64,000 nt of DNA from Octopus sinensis (GCF_006345805.1 NW_021834487.1:62001-126000); one strand, 5' to 3'. Shown: positions 50,647-64,000, counted from the first letter of the stretch. Translations and numbers: made by a program. The notes: generated from the letters alone by a model not told the origin.

Positions 50647-51658
50647 TGGATAAATAGATTGTAGGAAATTATGGCAAATTGCTCAGTGAATAGCGGACAC
50701 AGAACTAATCTAAAAGAATAGTAATTCTTATATAGGATCAAGAACTCGTATTTAAAGATGAAAAGAAATGGCAAGTCTTAATATTTATTCCTTTCTTAGT
50801 CTCAGAGCTATGAGGAATGTAAGTGAAGTGAAGTGACTTCAAATGGAGATCAAATATGGTTGAGATCTCCGCTCGAAGCAAACATACACCCACTCTCTAA
50901 CTCTCTTTCTCTCCCCTCTTTCTTTTTTCTTTCTTTCTTTCCCGATCTCTTTCTGTGTCTTTGTGTTCTGTAATAGAATATTAAAACTGTTGTACAGGAG
51001 GACTGACACTGTTAATTAAAATCTACACATCCCCACTCTTGTATGATTTAGTCCTGTCTCCTGCAAGCACTAACTAATTTCGCCCTATTTGGATGTTCAA
51101 ACGCCTCACCTTATTCATTCGCTATTATTCCTAGCGTTCAAATACTTCTTTCTACTTTCTTTCTCTTTCCTGTATAATTAGAAACAAGTATATTTAGACC
51201 AGCATGTATAATCTAGTTGCTTCACCGTACTTAATACACCTCGTGTATTGTGTTGGAATGGAAAGAAATATTCCCACCCTTCTCCCAACCGTTATGACTT
51301 ATTTAATAATTATAAACATGCGCGTTTGAACTTGCATCCCACATTTTATAGCACAGCATCAATTCAAGCCAATATGGAATCCTCTGCGTAGTTACTCAGC
51401 TTAATTAGAAATAGCAACCTGTCGATGACATCAACTCTCTTTAACAAGAGCAAGGACACATGTGTAAAGTAGTTCTAGATAGACTGCGCCAGAAACTAAA
51501 GTAGGAACAGATTGTCACAGCTAGAAAGTCTATGATCATTGGTCTGCCTGCCCTATCAGGGCTGAACTAAAGTAAAAACAAAAATGATGTGGTCAACAAG
51601 AACAGAAACCGTAGCAAAATGTGTTGCTGTGGAATGAAAAATATCCTGCATCCATCGC

Positions 51659-51701
<43 letters not shown>

Positions 51702-51712
51702 CACACACACAC

Positions 51713-51745
<33 letters not shown>

Positions 51746-51804
51746 CACATACACACACACATATATATATATATGCATTATATATATATATATATATATA
51801 TATA

Positions 51805-52022
51805 GTTAATATATATAAATCCAAACATGAAAACACCAAGAGAAAACACAACAACGCGTGGACGTGGAACAAATATAGTATTATTGGACGCTCAGGAAGG
51901 AAGGGAAGAAGGAGGTTTTAGGTTTCTAGCGGAGCTTTCGTCAGAAACATAGGAAAAGGAAAGATCCAGAGAAGGGAAAACGAAGGAAAAAAATCGCCAA
52001 CGGTACACACGCGGTCACATTT
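51805..52022 (-). mobile_element. C2 short element with a mutated hammerhead motif
   Basis: Minus strand GTTT-CTGACGA-AAGC/TCC/GCT-A-GAAA-C-CTA-AAAC; homologous to the 57138 copy. Confidence 0.75.
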
Positions 52023-52056
52023 ATATATATATATACACACACATATATATATATAT

Positions 52057-52104
<48 letters not shown>

Positions 52105-53058
52105 TATATATATATCTATATATACATACACATACATGATATATGTATATATATTGATTATCTAATAAGCTAGAGTTTTTGTGTAGAGTCAAGCCGACTT
52201 CAAATCGAACAGACCTATGATCAAAAGCATTTATGACTTCATCATCTTGTTATATTTTTGTCCCCTTTTACTAATCGTCGACATTTTCCAACTGTGTGAA
52301 ATCCGGAATCTGAAGAAATTGATAGATTTTCGCTCCTCATCGCAATTGAAATTATCGATATTCTAGAAACATATTATCGAATGTTTGGGAGAGAGAGGGA
52401 GGAAGATTTGGTTTCTACTTGTGACGAGTCGAATATTCGCGTGCTCGCATTCTTGTGCTTTTTTTTTATTATCCGTAATGAGTATTGCACACGAGTTTGA
52501 AGTTACAGCTTACACATGCACATCAATAAGTTGTTGTATTAGTTGCTGTTACTGTTTTGAAATTCATACAGACGCAATCATAGAAACTAGTGTTTCTCTA
52601 CCATTTTTCGTTTTTTGCTATGTACCCATTTGATTCCGATTTTACACGGATGGACCTTCATAAGCATTCTGTTTTGAAACTATCATGCTGTATTTTTATG
52701 ACGGAATTCTGATAGGAATCGTAGAAAATATGTTTTGTGTATAGTAGACGTATAACCAATTTATTGCATACAAATTTTAACAACAAAATCTAATGCGAAC
52801 TCCTAAAAGCCATGTGGACCACCGTAGAGAAAGAACCAATGGTGTAAACCAATGCGATAAGACATTCCAGCCTTGACCATCTCGTATTTCCTTTATTGTG
52901 TACCGTGTATATCTTACTGGTGAGCGAAAAAGTTATCTTACATAGCAATAGATATTTCGATCATGCCTGACGTGTAAAATTATGAACAAATCTTCCCACG
53001 TGTCAACTCCGTTCGATTCTCGTCTCTTCTGTATAGCATAAACTTCTCCTTCGTTTAA

Positions 53059-53250
53059 TACAGTTCTATATTTAACAAATGTGGAATTATGTACATTATT
53101 TACATTATTTAAATTCCACGGATATTTGCCTCTCATCTTGATGGTTGTTATCACAACGTTTCGGCTGATATACCCTCCAGCCTTCTTCAGGTGTCTTGGG
53201 GAAATTTCGAATCTGGATTCTCATTCCTAAGGTTTTTTTCGATGCTATAA

Positions 53251-53305
<55 letters not shown>

Positions 53306-53400
53306 GTCGTTGTTATTGTCGTTGTTATTGTTCAGGTCACTGCTTGGAATCGAACTTAGAATCTTGTGGTTAATAACGCGCGTTGTTAACTACTACGCCC
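53059..53400 (-). mobile_element. tRNA-headed SINE carrying a hammerhead motif (left copy)
   Basis: GGGCGTAGTAGTTAA...GTTCGATTCC head, (AAT/AAC)n, then GACAC-CTGAAGA-A-GGCTG...CAGCC-GAAA-C-GT-T-GTG at 53195-53152. Confidence 0.85.
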
Positions 53401-53402
53401 AC

Positions 53403-53648
53403 GGGCATATGGCGTAGTGGTTAAGTGCGTGGACTACTAACCCCAAAATTCCGAGTTCGATACCAGGCAGTGACCTGAACAATAATAATACTAATAACAT
53501 CGAAAATACCCTAGGAATGAGGACCCACGTTCGAAATTTCCCCAAGACACCTGATGAAGGCTGGAGGGTATATCAGCCGAAACGTTTTGTTAACAACAGA
53601 CAAGATGAGGACAAATATCCGTCGAATGTAAATAATGTAAATAATTTT
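53403..53648 (+). mobile_element. tRNA-headed SINE carrying a hammerhead motif (right copy)
   Basis: A box TGGCGTAGTGG, B box GTTCGATACC, short (AAT)n, then GACAC-CTGATGA-A-GGCTG-GAGGGTATAT-CAGCC-GAAA-C-GT-T-TTGTT at 53546-53591. Confidence 0.88.
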
Positions 53649-53789
53649 CGCTTTCGTTTCTAATTCTTCAGTGGCATTTTATTGATTCAATTTTTGAGAA
53701 TTTATGAAATTTACATTTTTGAAATAGTTCAAACGATTAGAAATTTTTAGCTATTTTATTATGTACCAGAAAGAAGGAACATTGATTTC

Positions 53790-54160
53790 AAATTTTGGCA
53801 CGAGAAGGTGGGTCGTTCAAAACGACCCCAGGGTTCAACGGGTGCTTATTTGATCGATTCCTGAAAGGATAAAAGACAAAGTTGACCTCGGCGGAATCTG
53901 AACTCAGAAACTAAAGACGGATGGAATGCCACTAAGCATTTTACCTGAACTGGTAACGATTCTGCCACCTTAAAGGGAGAACAAACATTGGCTTCAAAGT
54001 TTGGCACAAGGCCAGCAAGTTCGGAGGAGGACAGTAAGTCGGTTGCATCGACTCCAGTGCTCAGCTGGTGCTCATTTCATCGATTCCTGAAAGGATAAAC
54101 GGTAAAGACGGACGAAATACCGTTAAGCACTTTGTCCGGTGTGCTAACGATCCTGCCAGC
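53790..54160 (-). mobile_element. Two diverged tandem SINE B2-type copies
   Basis: Two CAAATTTTGGCAC tails and two degenerate CORE and head blocks. Confidence 0.7.
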
Positions 54161-54164
54161 TTGC

Positions 54165-54562
54165 AGCTGGAGTGGCTGTGTGGTAAGTTGTTTGCTTACC
54201 AACCACATGGTTCCGGGTTCAGTCCTACTGCGTGGCACCTTCGGCGAGTGTCTTCTACTAAAGCCTCAGGCCGGCCAAAGCCTTGTGAGTGTACTTGGTG
54301 ACGGAAACTGAAAGAAGCCCGTCGTATATATGTATATGTATATATGTGTGTGTGTGTGTGTGTGTTTGTCTCCCCAACATCACTTGACAACTGATGCTGG
54401 TGTGTTTACGTCTCCGTAACTTAGCAGTTCGGCAAAAGAGGCTGATAGAATAAGTACTAGGCTTACAAGGAAGAAGTCCTGGGGTCGATTTGCTCGACTA
54501 AAGGCGGTGCTCCAGCATGGCCGCAGTAAAATGACTGAAACAAGTAAAAGAGTAAAAGAGTA
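54165..54562 (+). mobile_element. SINE A, full length
   Basis: GGAGTGGCTGTGTGGTAAG head through the AAAAGAGTAAAAGAG tail. Confidence 0.92.
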
Positions 54563-54966
54563 TATTCTGTGCACCTTCTTCATTACTCTTTGAATAATAT
54601 AGAATAATATCTCGCACATCTTTAAATCCTAGCTTATGGTATGAAGAAAGTTCTGTATGGAGCTTCCTGTATTTATTCCATAGTTTATTTGGTGGATCAA
54701 GGGAGAAATACCGATTATCATGGAGGTTTTGTCCTTCAAACTGAAAAATGCGCCGCTACCTTCCTCTCATATTATTCCAACTAAAGCTGGCAAGATAGTT
54801 AGGCATACAGAAGCAGAAGCTCAACGATGTGAGACACGAATGTATTTCTAATTTGCTTGTAAGTAACAGTGAAATAGTCAGTAGCATCCTGTCTGCTCAT
54901 GGATAATAAAAGATAACGGGTATGGCGGTTTTAGAGATCTCTACTTCCGACTCTGTCAGACGAAAT

Positions 54967-55152
54967 ACCTATTTCTTTATTACCCACAAGGACAGACAAA
55001 GGTATTAAGTCGATTACATTGACCCCAGGGCGTAACTGGTACTTAATTTATCGACCCCGAAAGGATGAAAAGCAAAGTCGACCTCGGCGGAATTTGAACT
55101 CACAACGTAACGGCAGACGAAATACCACCGCGAACGATTCTGCCAGCTCACT
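54967..55152 (-). mobile_element. SINE B1 with internal deletions
   Basis: CORE block intact; on the minus strand the tail is followed by GGTATTTCGTCTG. Confidence 0.85.
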
Positions 55153-55397
55153 ACCTTTCTCAAGGATAACATATTAGTTCTATCTCTAAATATTACGTGT
55201 GCGGATTTATGTAAAATTGAAATGGGGAAAAGATTAAACCTAGAAACATTTGCAATTTTAACTACCCAGATATTATCTCTAACATTTCTCTATATTTCTC
55301 ATGTTATCAGTCTATCTATCAACCTATATACGCGACTCTAAACTTATTCATCTATACACACAAACACGAACACACACACACACACCACACACACACA

Positions 55398-55448
<51 letters not shown>

Positions 55449-55561
55449 TATATCTTTATGTCTAGTTTCTTAAAACTCATCTCGTGTGAAAATGTTTGCG
55501 TTGTTAAAAGACATCCTTGTAATTATAACTTGCACTTGATATCGCCATCTCTGTTTATATT

Positions 55562-55596
<35 letters not shown>

Positions 55597-55790
55597 TGCT
55601 TCTTTCTTGATTTATGTATGCATATATGTCTTTTTATATGCTTATATTCTCTCACACGACATACAAACCGGTATACAGACACACACACACACACACACAC
55701 AAACTCGCATACGCATATATACATATACACATATACATCACATGTGTATATCACATATATATGTGAGTATGTATGTAAATATATGTGGTG

Positions 55791-55824
<34 letters not shown>

Positions 55825-55934
55825 TGAAACAGTTCTAGTCCTGTAGAAGCTCCTTCTATAACATAAATTAATTTACTCTGCTATGTATTGAGTACCTTAT
55901 TTACTGTGGTTAACCCCGACTCAACCCGGGACCT

Positions 55935-55954
55935 ACATATAGATATATAGAAAT

Positions 55955-56005
<51 letters not shown>

Positions 56006-56006
56006 T

Positions 56007-56050
<44 letters not shown>

Positions 56051-56073
56051 GTTGATAGATAGATAGATAGGTT

Positions 56074-56157
<84 letters not shown>
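55935..56157. repeat. (GATA)n microsatellite
   Basis: Directly visible. Confidence 0.97.
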
Positions 56158-56158
<1 letters not shown>

Positions 56159-56260
56159 AGAAACAGAGAGGTACACACATATGTAGACATAGACATGTGG
56201 ATATATGCTTTCGCGTGAGTGTATATGTGTGTGTGTGTTTGTGTGAGCGTGCGTGTGTGC

Positions 56261-56297
<37 letters not shown>

Positions 56298-56675
56298 TGT
56301 GTGTACGTTCGTGTTTGATTGTAAATACAGAATAAAATGTACAATATGTGTGAGATCATCGTACGAAAATAAGAAAGGGGACTAAATTTTATGCCATTGT
56401 GCTTTTAGCACATTGCAATTTGTAGCATTAAAAATAAGACCCTAACACAAACTGAACACAAACGCATACTCCTACACGCATACACTCACCAACACAATGA
56501 TAGATACTGAATAGATGTGTGTACGCTCATACACATGCATAAAAGCCTACAGAAACTCTCACTCTTTATCCCACTAGTAATCTTTCTCTCTCCTCTCTCT
56601 TTCTGTCTCTATCTATCTATCTCTATCCATCTCTCTCTCTCTTTCTTTCTCTCTCTCTCTCTCTCTATCACTCAC

Positions 56676-56757
56676 GGTCCCATATTTGGCAGTAGAATTG
56701 GGTCGACGCCGTTCGATGATTTAATTTGAGTTGTAAGACCGACCAATTTACCTATTC
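56676..56757 (-). other. Candidate 82 nt exon
   Basis: TTACATTATTTCAG acceptor and CC|GTGAGT donor; one open frame, GIGKLVGLTTQIKSSNGVDPILLPNMGP. No homology recognised. Confidence 0.25.
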
Positions 56758-56966
56758 CTGAAATAATGTAACTGGAAATTCCACAGACATGTGTAACTTT
56801 CACGTAACTCACGGCCACAATCAGCGAGACACGTTGTTTCACAATCTTGCTGTCGTTACATCTGCATACACACTCACACACGTACATATATACACATCAA
56901 CAAACACATCCACACACACACACACACACACACACACGTACATATATACACATCAACAAACACATC

Positions 56967-57010
<44 letters not shown>

Positions 57011-57137
57011 CATATATACATCCACATATCTATGCATACATATAGTTATATATGTTTGTATGTATGTACATATATTATGTACATATATATAATATATATA
57101 TATATATCTATATATATAATATATATATAGATATATA

Positions 57138-57332
57138 TATGTTAATCCAAACATGAAAACACAAAGAGAAAACACAACAACGCGAGGAACGTGGAAAAAG
57201 TATATGTTATTGGACGCTCAAGAAAGGGAAGAATGAAGGAGGATTTAACGTTTCGAGCGGACCTCTTCGTCAGAACCATAGGAAAAGGAAAGATCCAAGG
57301 AAGGGAAGATGGAGGAAAAAGAATCGACAACG
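57138..57332 (-). mobile_element. C2 short element with an intact hammerhead core
   Basis: Minus strand GGTT-CTGACGA-A-GAG/GTCCG/CTC-GAAA-C-GT-T-AAAT at 57277-57243. Confidence 0.8.
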
Positions 57333-57335
57333 ATC

Positions 57336-59288
57336 AGCTGCGGCCTTGCTGATGCACCACCGTTTTGTGCTACACAGTTATTACTAAGAGCCTACTCTAA
57401 TATGTGGCACTTGGTGAAGAATGGAGTTTGATATAGCTACTCTCATTTGCACCTCTTGCCGTGAGGTAGGTTCATCTGGGACTCTCGATAGAAAGAGGTC
57501 CTGCTTTGATTTAAAAACCCATACATCTACTTTGTGCAAGTTCCTCAGACTGTTTGGGAGAATATTAATAAGCTGTTGGCCCTTGAAACCCAGGATGTTG
57601 CAGTAACTGGTCCTGAAAGGTGATGGCATTGCTAGGATCTTTGGCACTATGCAGTGTCGTCCCGTTCTGGCATTGGTGTAGCTTTCAATGCCAAGAGTTG
57701 GCACAATTCATTCCAGGATCTTCCAGATATATATTACCGCATACCTCTCCCGTCTTTTCTCCAGGGAGTAGAGTTTTAGGTGTTTCAACCTTTCCCAGTA
57801 ACTGAACTGTTGCGAAGAGACGGTCTTCTTTGTGAATCTTCTCTGGATTGCCCCAAGGTCCGCTGTTAATTTCACACTGGTAAGTGACCATAGCTGTGAG
57901 CAGTAATCCAGGCGGCTGAGGACGAATGTCCGCCAGAGGACCATCATGGTTTCCTTATCTCTGGTTCTGAATGTTCTTAGGATTCATCCAGCAATCCTGG
58001 TAATGTGCACTTGGAAAGAGGTATCATCACTCATGTCGATACCCAAGTCCCTCACTGTCTTAGACTCTGGGATTGAAATTCCTTGTGGACCGGTGTACCC
58101 TGTAAGTTTAATATGCAGTTTTGGATGCTGGTAGCACAGGGCCTGGAATTTTTCAGCATTAAACTGCATATTATTACCCACAGCCCACCTGTAAATTGAG
58201 TCCAACTCCTGCTGCAGGTGTGCAACATCGCTGAGGCTCCGTATTTTCTGTGAGACTTTCGTATCATCTGCATAGCATGCCAGAGTGGCTATCCGGGCAT
58301 TTGAGGGCATATCTGAGAGGGCCACTATAAAAAGCAGTGGTCCCAAGACAGTGCCCTGTGGAACACCGCTCACTATTTGTGTGTTCATAGAGGTGCCACT
58401 ACTGCCTTTCTCCTATCTTTCAGGAAGTCATGTAACCACTCTCCAAGTTTTCCAATTATGCCAAGGTCACGCAGTTTGTGGCATATCATACTATGATCCA
58501 CATTGTCAAAAGCTTTTGCAAAATCAAGGTATATTACGTCCACATTTGATTTGTTGAGTAACGCCTCAACACGCAGTCATAATGTTGTAAGAGCTGGGTC
58601 AGGCAGCTCCTACCTGGTCGAAAATCATGCTGGGTATAACTCAGCAAGTTATTTACTTCAAGGAATGCGATTAGTTTTCCTCTGACTATCCGTTCCATGA
58701 CTTTGTTGATGTGTGAAGTCAGAGAGATAGGCCTATAGTTTTGGGCATCTGCCCTTTCAGTATTGGGCATATTATTCCCTCCTTCAGCTTGCTTGGCAGT
58801 TTGCTATTTGTAAGAAGGCTGGAAGAGAATCTTGAGGGGTTTTGACAGGGCATGCTTACACGCTTTGAGGAAGATTACTGGGAAACCATCAAGACCAGCA
58901 GTTGAATTTGTGTCCACTTCATCTATAGCTAGTAGTATATCTTCTTCGCTCATGTCAATGTATTCCATTGTAACTGCCTCGCTGGTTATAAGTGAGGCGG
59001 CAAAGAAGCTCACTGGTTCGTTCACTTGTCTGTGTTCCAACGGGGTGGTAAAGACACTTTTGAACTGGTCATTCAGTATCTCACTGATCTTAGTTGGACT
59101 GTCTGTGAGGGAGCCATCCTTTTGGAGAAGGGGTCTTCTCTTGTAATGTACTGAGGCTGTTTCTTTCGCGTTATGAAAGAAGGCCTTTGGGTTTGACTAA
59201 TGTTTTTATAACCCAGGCTTCTTTGTCTGCTTTCCCCCTCACATAGGATTGTTGCAGCCTTTTTCGATCTCCATCAGCGTTGTTTTAG
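57336..59288 (-). mobile_element. 5'-truncated CR1-group LINE with a disrupted reverse transcriptase
   Basis: NYRPISLTSHINKVMERIV, QHDFRPGRSCLTQLL, SGVPQGTVLGPLLF, YADD (58274-58263), RDLGIDMS, SRLDYCSQLW, LKLYSLEKRRER; stop near 57384. Endonuclease domain absent. Confidence 0.95.
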
Positions 59289-59289
59289 T

Positions 59290-60120
<831 letters not shown>

Positions 60121-60199
60121 AGTGTGGCATGTATGTATAATGCCCTCTATGCATATATGTATAATGCCCTCTATATATAATTAATATATATTATATATA

Positions 60200-60345
60200 T
60201 ATCTTCTTTCTTCTCTGTGTTCCTTCATGTGGAAGAGCATAGGCTCGAAACGTTAAAGACTATTTCACTTCCCGAGCGTTATACTAATGCATCTGTTTGT
60301 TGTCTAAACCACCTGTCTTTGTCTGTTTTTTTTTTTTGTGAATTC
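60200..60345 (+). mobile_element. C1 short element with a degenerate hammerhead motif
   Basis: GAAGAGCATAGGCTCGAAACGTTAAAGAC...CCCGAGCGTTATACTAATGCATCTG. Confidence 0.7.
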
Positions 60346-60384
60346 TCTCTCTCTCTGCACACACACACACACACGCACACAGAC

Positions 60385-60474
<90 letters not shown>

Positions 60475-60475
<1 letters not shown>

Positions 60476-60995
60476 GTGAATAAACTATCGTCTAAATTAC
60501 GCAAAAATTAAAGTAAAACTGACATCTCATTTTAACCAATATATTTACCAAAATGACATAAAAATACCGTGAAATACTAAAGAATAAAATCGCCGTTGAT
60601 TTCAACTACAGCTTACAGACGACTTCGGAACCTCCTGCAACTTTTCTGGATGATCTCCTTGTTTAAGTTGGTGAATGCTGCCATAATCCTTGCCTTCAGA
60701 TCATTGTTGGTGTTATAAGGAATTTTGTTGATCCCTCGATCAACTGCACCCTAGGCGTGATAATCAAAGTGGTTGCAGTCTGGGGAGTTAGGTGGCCTGA
60801 TGTTAGGGGTGGTGTGGTCACAGAAATTGTCTGACTGCGCGAATGCGAAGCAGTAGAGTATGCCTTTTCTAAAGTTTTGACTGACTGAAATTGCGTTATG
60901 GGGCTATTTTTATCACATACCAACTAACCCTACTATAATGTGAAGTCGTCAAAAATAAACAAATGCGCATGCACAAAATTAATGGCGACACTGTG
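60475..60995 (-). mobile_element. maT/DD37D-like transposon, internally deleted
   Basis: SDNFCDHTTPNIRPPNSPDCNHFDY...NTNNDLKARIMAAFTNLNKEIIQKSCRRFRSRL. Confidence 0.8.
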
Positions 60996-61045
60996 TGTAT
61001 ATGTATATGTATGTGTGTGTGTGTGTGTGTGTACATATATATTTG

Positions 61046-61076
<31 letters not shown>

Positions 61077-61083
61077 TTGTGTG

Positions 61084-61128
<45 letters not shown>

Positions 61129-61134
61129 GTATAT

Positions 61135-61320
61135 AGATAATTAAAAAAAAGCGAGAAAAGGTCAAGAAAAAAATCAACAACGCGAGGACGTGGTACATGC
61201 AAAATATTAATAATACGCTCAGAGAAGGAAAGAAAGAGTGGTTGTGTTACGTTTCGAGCAAGGCTGTTCTTCGAAAGAAAGGAAAGTCCCAAGGAAAAGA
61301 ATGAAGAAAGGAAAACAGTC
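61135..61320 (-). mobile_element. C-type short element with a degenerate hammerhead motif
   Basis: CAACAACGCGAGGACGTGG and ACGCTCAG blocks shared with C2; minus strand ...AGCCTTGCTCGAAACGTAAC. Confidence 0.6.
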
Positions 61321-61540
61321 TGAGAGTAGTCATAATTTTGATTGCAGTTTATCTCTTAGCTGTGGATATCCTATTTTATTTATTGATTGATTGATTGATT
61401 CATTTTTTTTTTTTTGAAGGATTATACTTATGTTATCGTTCTCATTTGCCAAACCTGTAAGTTTCCGGAAGGTTTGTTTGTACACAAATGCACACACAAA
61501 CGCACACAACACACACACACACACACACACATACACACAG

Positions 61541-61574
<34 letters not shown>

Positions 61575-61584
61575 CCCCTCTCTC

Positions 61585-62003
61585 TCTCTTACTCTTCTAC
61601 CTGTTTCAGTCACTTGACTGCGGCCATGCTGGAGCACCGCCTTTAGTCAAGCAAATCGACCCTAGGACTTATTCTTTGCAAGCCTAGTACTTATCCCATC
61701 GTCTCTTTTTGCCGAACCGCTAAGTTACGGGGACGTAAACACACTAGCACCGGTTTTCAAGTAATGGTGGGGAGGGGACAAACACAGACACAAATATATG
61801 CACACACATATATATATATATACGTGTGTGCGCATATATGCGACGGGCTACTTTCAGTTTCCGTCTCCCAAACCACTCACAATGCTTTGGTCGGCCCGAG
61901 GCTATAGTAGACGACACTTGACCAAGGTGCCACGCAGTGGGACTGAACCCGGAACCATGTGGTTAGTAAGCAAGCTACTTACCACACAGCCACTCCTGCG
62001 CCT
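61585..62003 (-). mobile_element. SINE A, full length
   Basis: Reverse complement of the family structure, ending CTCCTGCGCC. Confidence 0.93.
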
Positions 62004-62089
62004 ATTTATATGAGTGTAAAAGAAAGTCCTGTCATCTTTCGAGAGGAGAAAGATACAAATGCCTCTTTTATTTTTGTTGTATTTAATGG

Positions 62090-62900
62090 TGTCAATATTT
62101 TCCCTCATTATTGATGACATAATCGCATCTATTAGACAACTTGTTCAATCTTCGAGTATAAAACTCTTCTGGTTTCGAAGCAAAGAAACAGTCAACCTCT
62201 TTTATCAACCTCTTTGCTGTTAATAAACTATTTTCCCACTAATGTCGAAATGATCTGATGCGATAATAGATGGAGCAAAGTGATGAGAGTAAATAGGACG
62301 AGATAGAACTAGTTTTTGTGCGAATTCTTTTCCTGAGTAACCTATTTAAGATGTGGTCTTGCATTATTATGGATGACTAACACCCATTTACGTCTGACCA
62401 ACGATGATCACTTTTCTGTAAATTTATGGGCAATGCTTCTAATTGATGACAATACTTGGTCGCATAAACTGTTTCGTTTCGGTACTTTTTACAACCCACC
62501 AAACTCAGAGCCTAACGTTTAAATTGTTGTCCTGGTTTCGGGATGGATTTCTCTTTTGCATTGTGCACTGACGTCTGTCGCTTTCGTTGTACCACAGAGA
62601 ATCCTGTTTTCATCACTTGGATAAGCCCCGTCGTTTATCCACTTGGATAAACGCCGTCGAGTCTACCCTTCTGTGACGTGCAGAGTACAAATCTTTGTTC
62701 AAACTGAGAAGCAGTTTCATGATGAGGGAACAACTGATAAATTTTGACGCTTTCGTCGTTCATCAAGGTGTTTTATACTCGAAATGTGATTTGAATTGAA
62801 CTGTTTTGAAAATTCTCCTGCAGCTTCCTTTGAAGTTTTCTTCAACTATGGTGTTCATAAGCTCAATATTGAGAGAATACGGTCTTCAGATTGGTGGAAA
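62090..62900 (-). mobile_element. Heavily decayed mariner transposase
   Basis: Fragments IPKPG, VLVIHNNARPHL (HDNARPH), YSHHFAPS (YSPDLAPS), FFASKPEEFYTRRLNKLSNRCDYVINNEGKY. Confidence 0.75.
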
Positions 62901-63175
62901 TCTGTAACAGAAAAACACAAGTGAAACTGGCCGAGCTTTTGGTAGCAGATCCAGACATTGAACGCTTCATTTCTATAGAAAGACCGAATATTTCTTGCCG
63001 TTTCCATTCAGCATGCGGGGCCTGATCTAAACTAAATTTAAAAAGAGAAAAACTCATAGGAATTTTTACCTCTATGTTATAAGATAATCAATAGAGAAAA
63101 AAAAATGTAAAAGTTATTGCTCATTTTACCGTGTATATTGAAAAAGCACCCTCATACAGATTATGCGATTGGACG

Positions 63176-63262
<87 letters not shown>

Positions 63263-63289
63263 GTGTTTGTTGTATTGTCTGTCTGTGTA

Positions 63290-63725
63290 TACAAGGTATG
63301 GGGAATAAACGCAAAAACGAAAATAACATTGACATCTCATTTTACCAAAAATATTTACAAACAGTACATAAAATTATCTTGAAATACGAAAGAGTAAGTT
63401 TATTCCATAAAATTGACATTGACTTCAACCACGGCCTCGAGACGACTTCGGAATCTTCTGCACTCCTTCTGGACGGTCTCCTTTTTGAAGTTGGAGAATG
63501 CTGCCATAATCCTTGCCCTCAGTTCATCTTTGGTGTTATAAGGAGTTTTGTTGGTCTCTCGCTCAACTGCATCCTACACATGATAATCAAATGGATTGCA
63601 GTTTGGGGAGTTTGTAGGTGGCCAGATGTTAGGGGTGATGTGGTCGCAGAAATTGTCCGACAGCCATGACTGGTTTCTCTTGCTCGTGTGGCATGGTGCA
63701 GAGTCTTGTTGCCAGATACATGCAT
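63290..63725 (-). mobile_element. maT/DD37D-like transposase 3' fragment, same family as 60475
   Basis: WQQDSAPCHTSKRNQSWLSDNFCDHITPNIWPP..SPNCNPFDY...RARIMAAFSNFKKETVQKECRRFRSRLEAVVE. Confidence 0.85.
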
Positions 63726-63813
63726 CCATACATACACACACCACACACACACACACACAAACACACATACATACATACACACGCACACATACATACATAC
63801 ATACATACATACA

Positions 63814-63847
<34 letters not shown>

Positions 63848-64000
63848 CATATGTTGCTGTTGAAATTCCAATGATGGAGCCTTGGATCTAGGTTAGAAAC
63901 CGGCTCTTTCTTGATTGGCAAGAAATCTTGAAACAAAAATTATAATGACATACATACATACAAGCATACAGTTCACTACATTGAATACAAACAGTTTCAA

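Noticed and set aside
54650-54850. Possible L1/Tx1 RT fragment
   Set aside because: Similarity is too faint to support by eye.

Overview
AT-rich eukaryotic intronic or intergenic DNA, most likely from an octopus or other coleoid cephalopod. That assignment is an inference from the SINE families and microsatellite load; no database was searched. I found no intact host protein-coding gene, and nearly all ORFs in the supplied track are microsatellite read-throughs. The window is a mosaic of tRNA-headed SINEs (labelled here A, B and E), decayed LINEs, DNA transposons and long TA/CA/TACA/GATA/AAT microsatellites. SINE A has an internal microsatellite and an (AAAAGAGT)n tail; SINE B has a CORE-like centre. 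The LINE relics are a CR1-group RT, an RTE C-terminus and three RLE (R4/Dong-like) 3' fragments. The DNA elements are a near full-length Tc1, two mariners, three maT-like fragments, a Tigger fragment, MITEs and a non-autonomous Helitron. The most notable signal is at least 15 minimal hammerhead-ribozyme (HHR) motifs, intact or degenerate, spread over several unrelated short elements. They include a tRNA-headed SINE carrying an HHR and non-canonical U3:A8 and A6U core variants. Four loci arrange HHR-bearing elements as divergent head-to-head inverted repeats. Coordinates of degenerate repeats are approximate.
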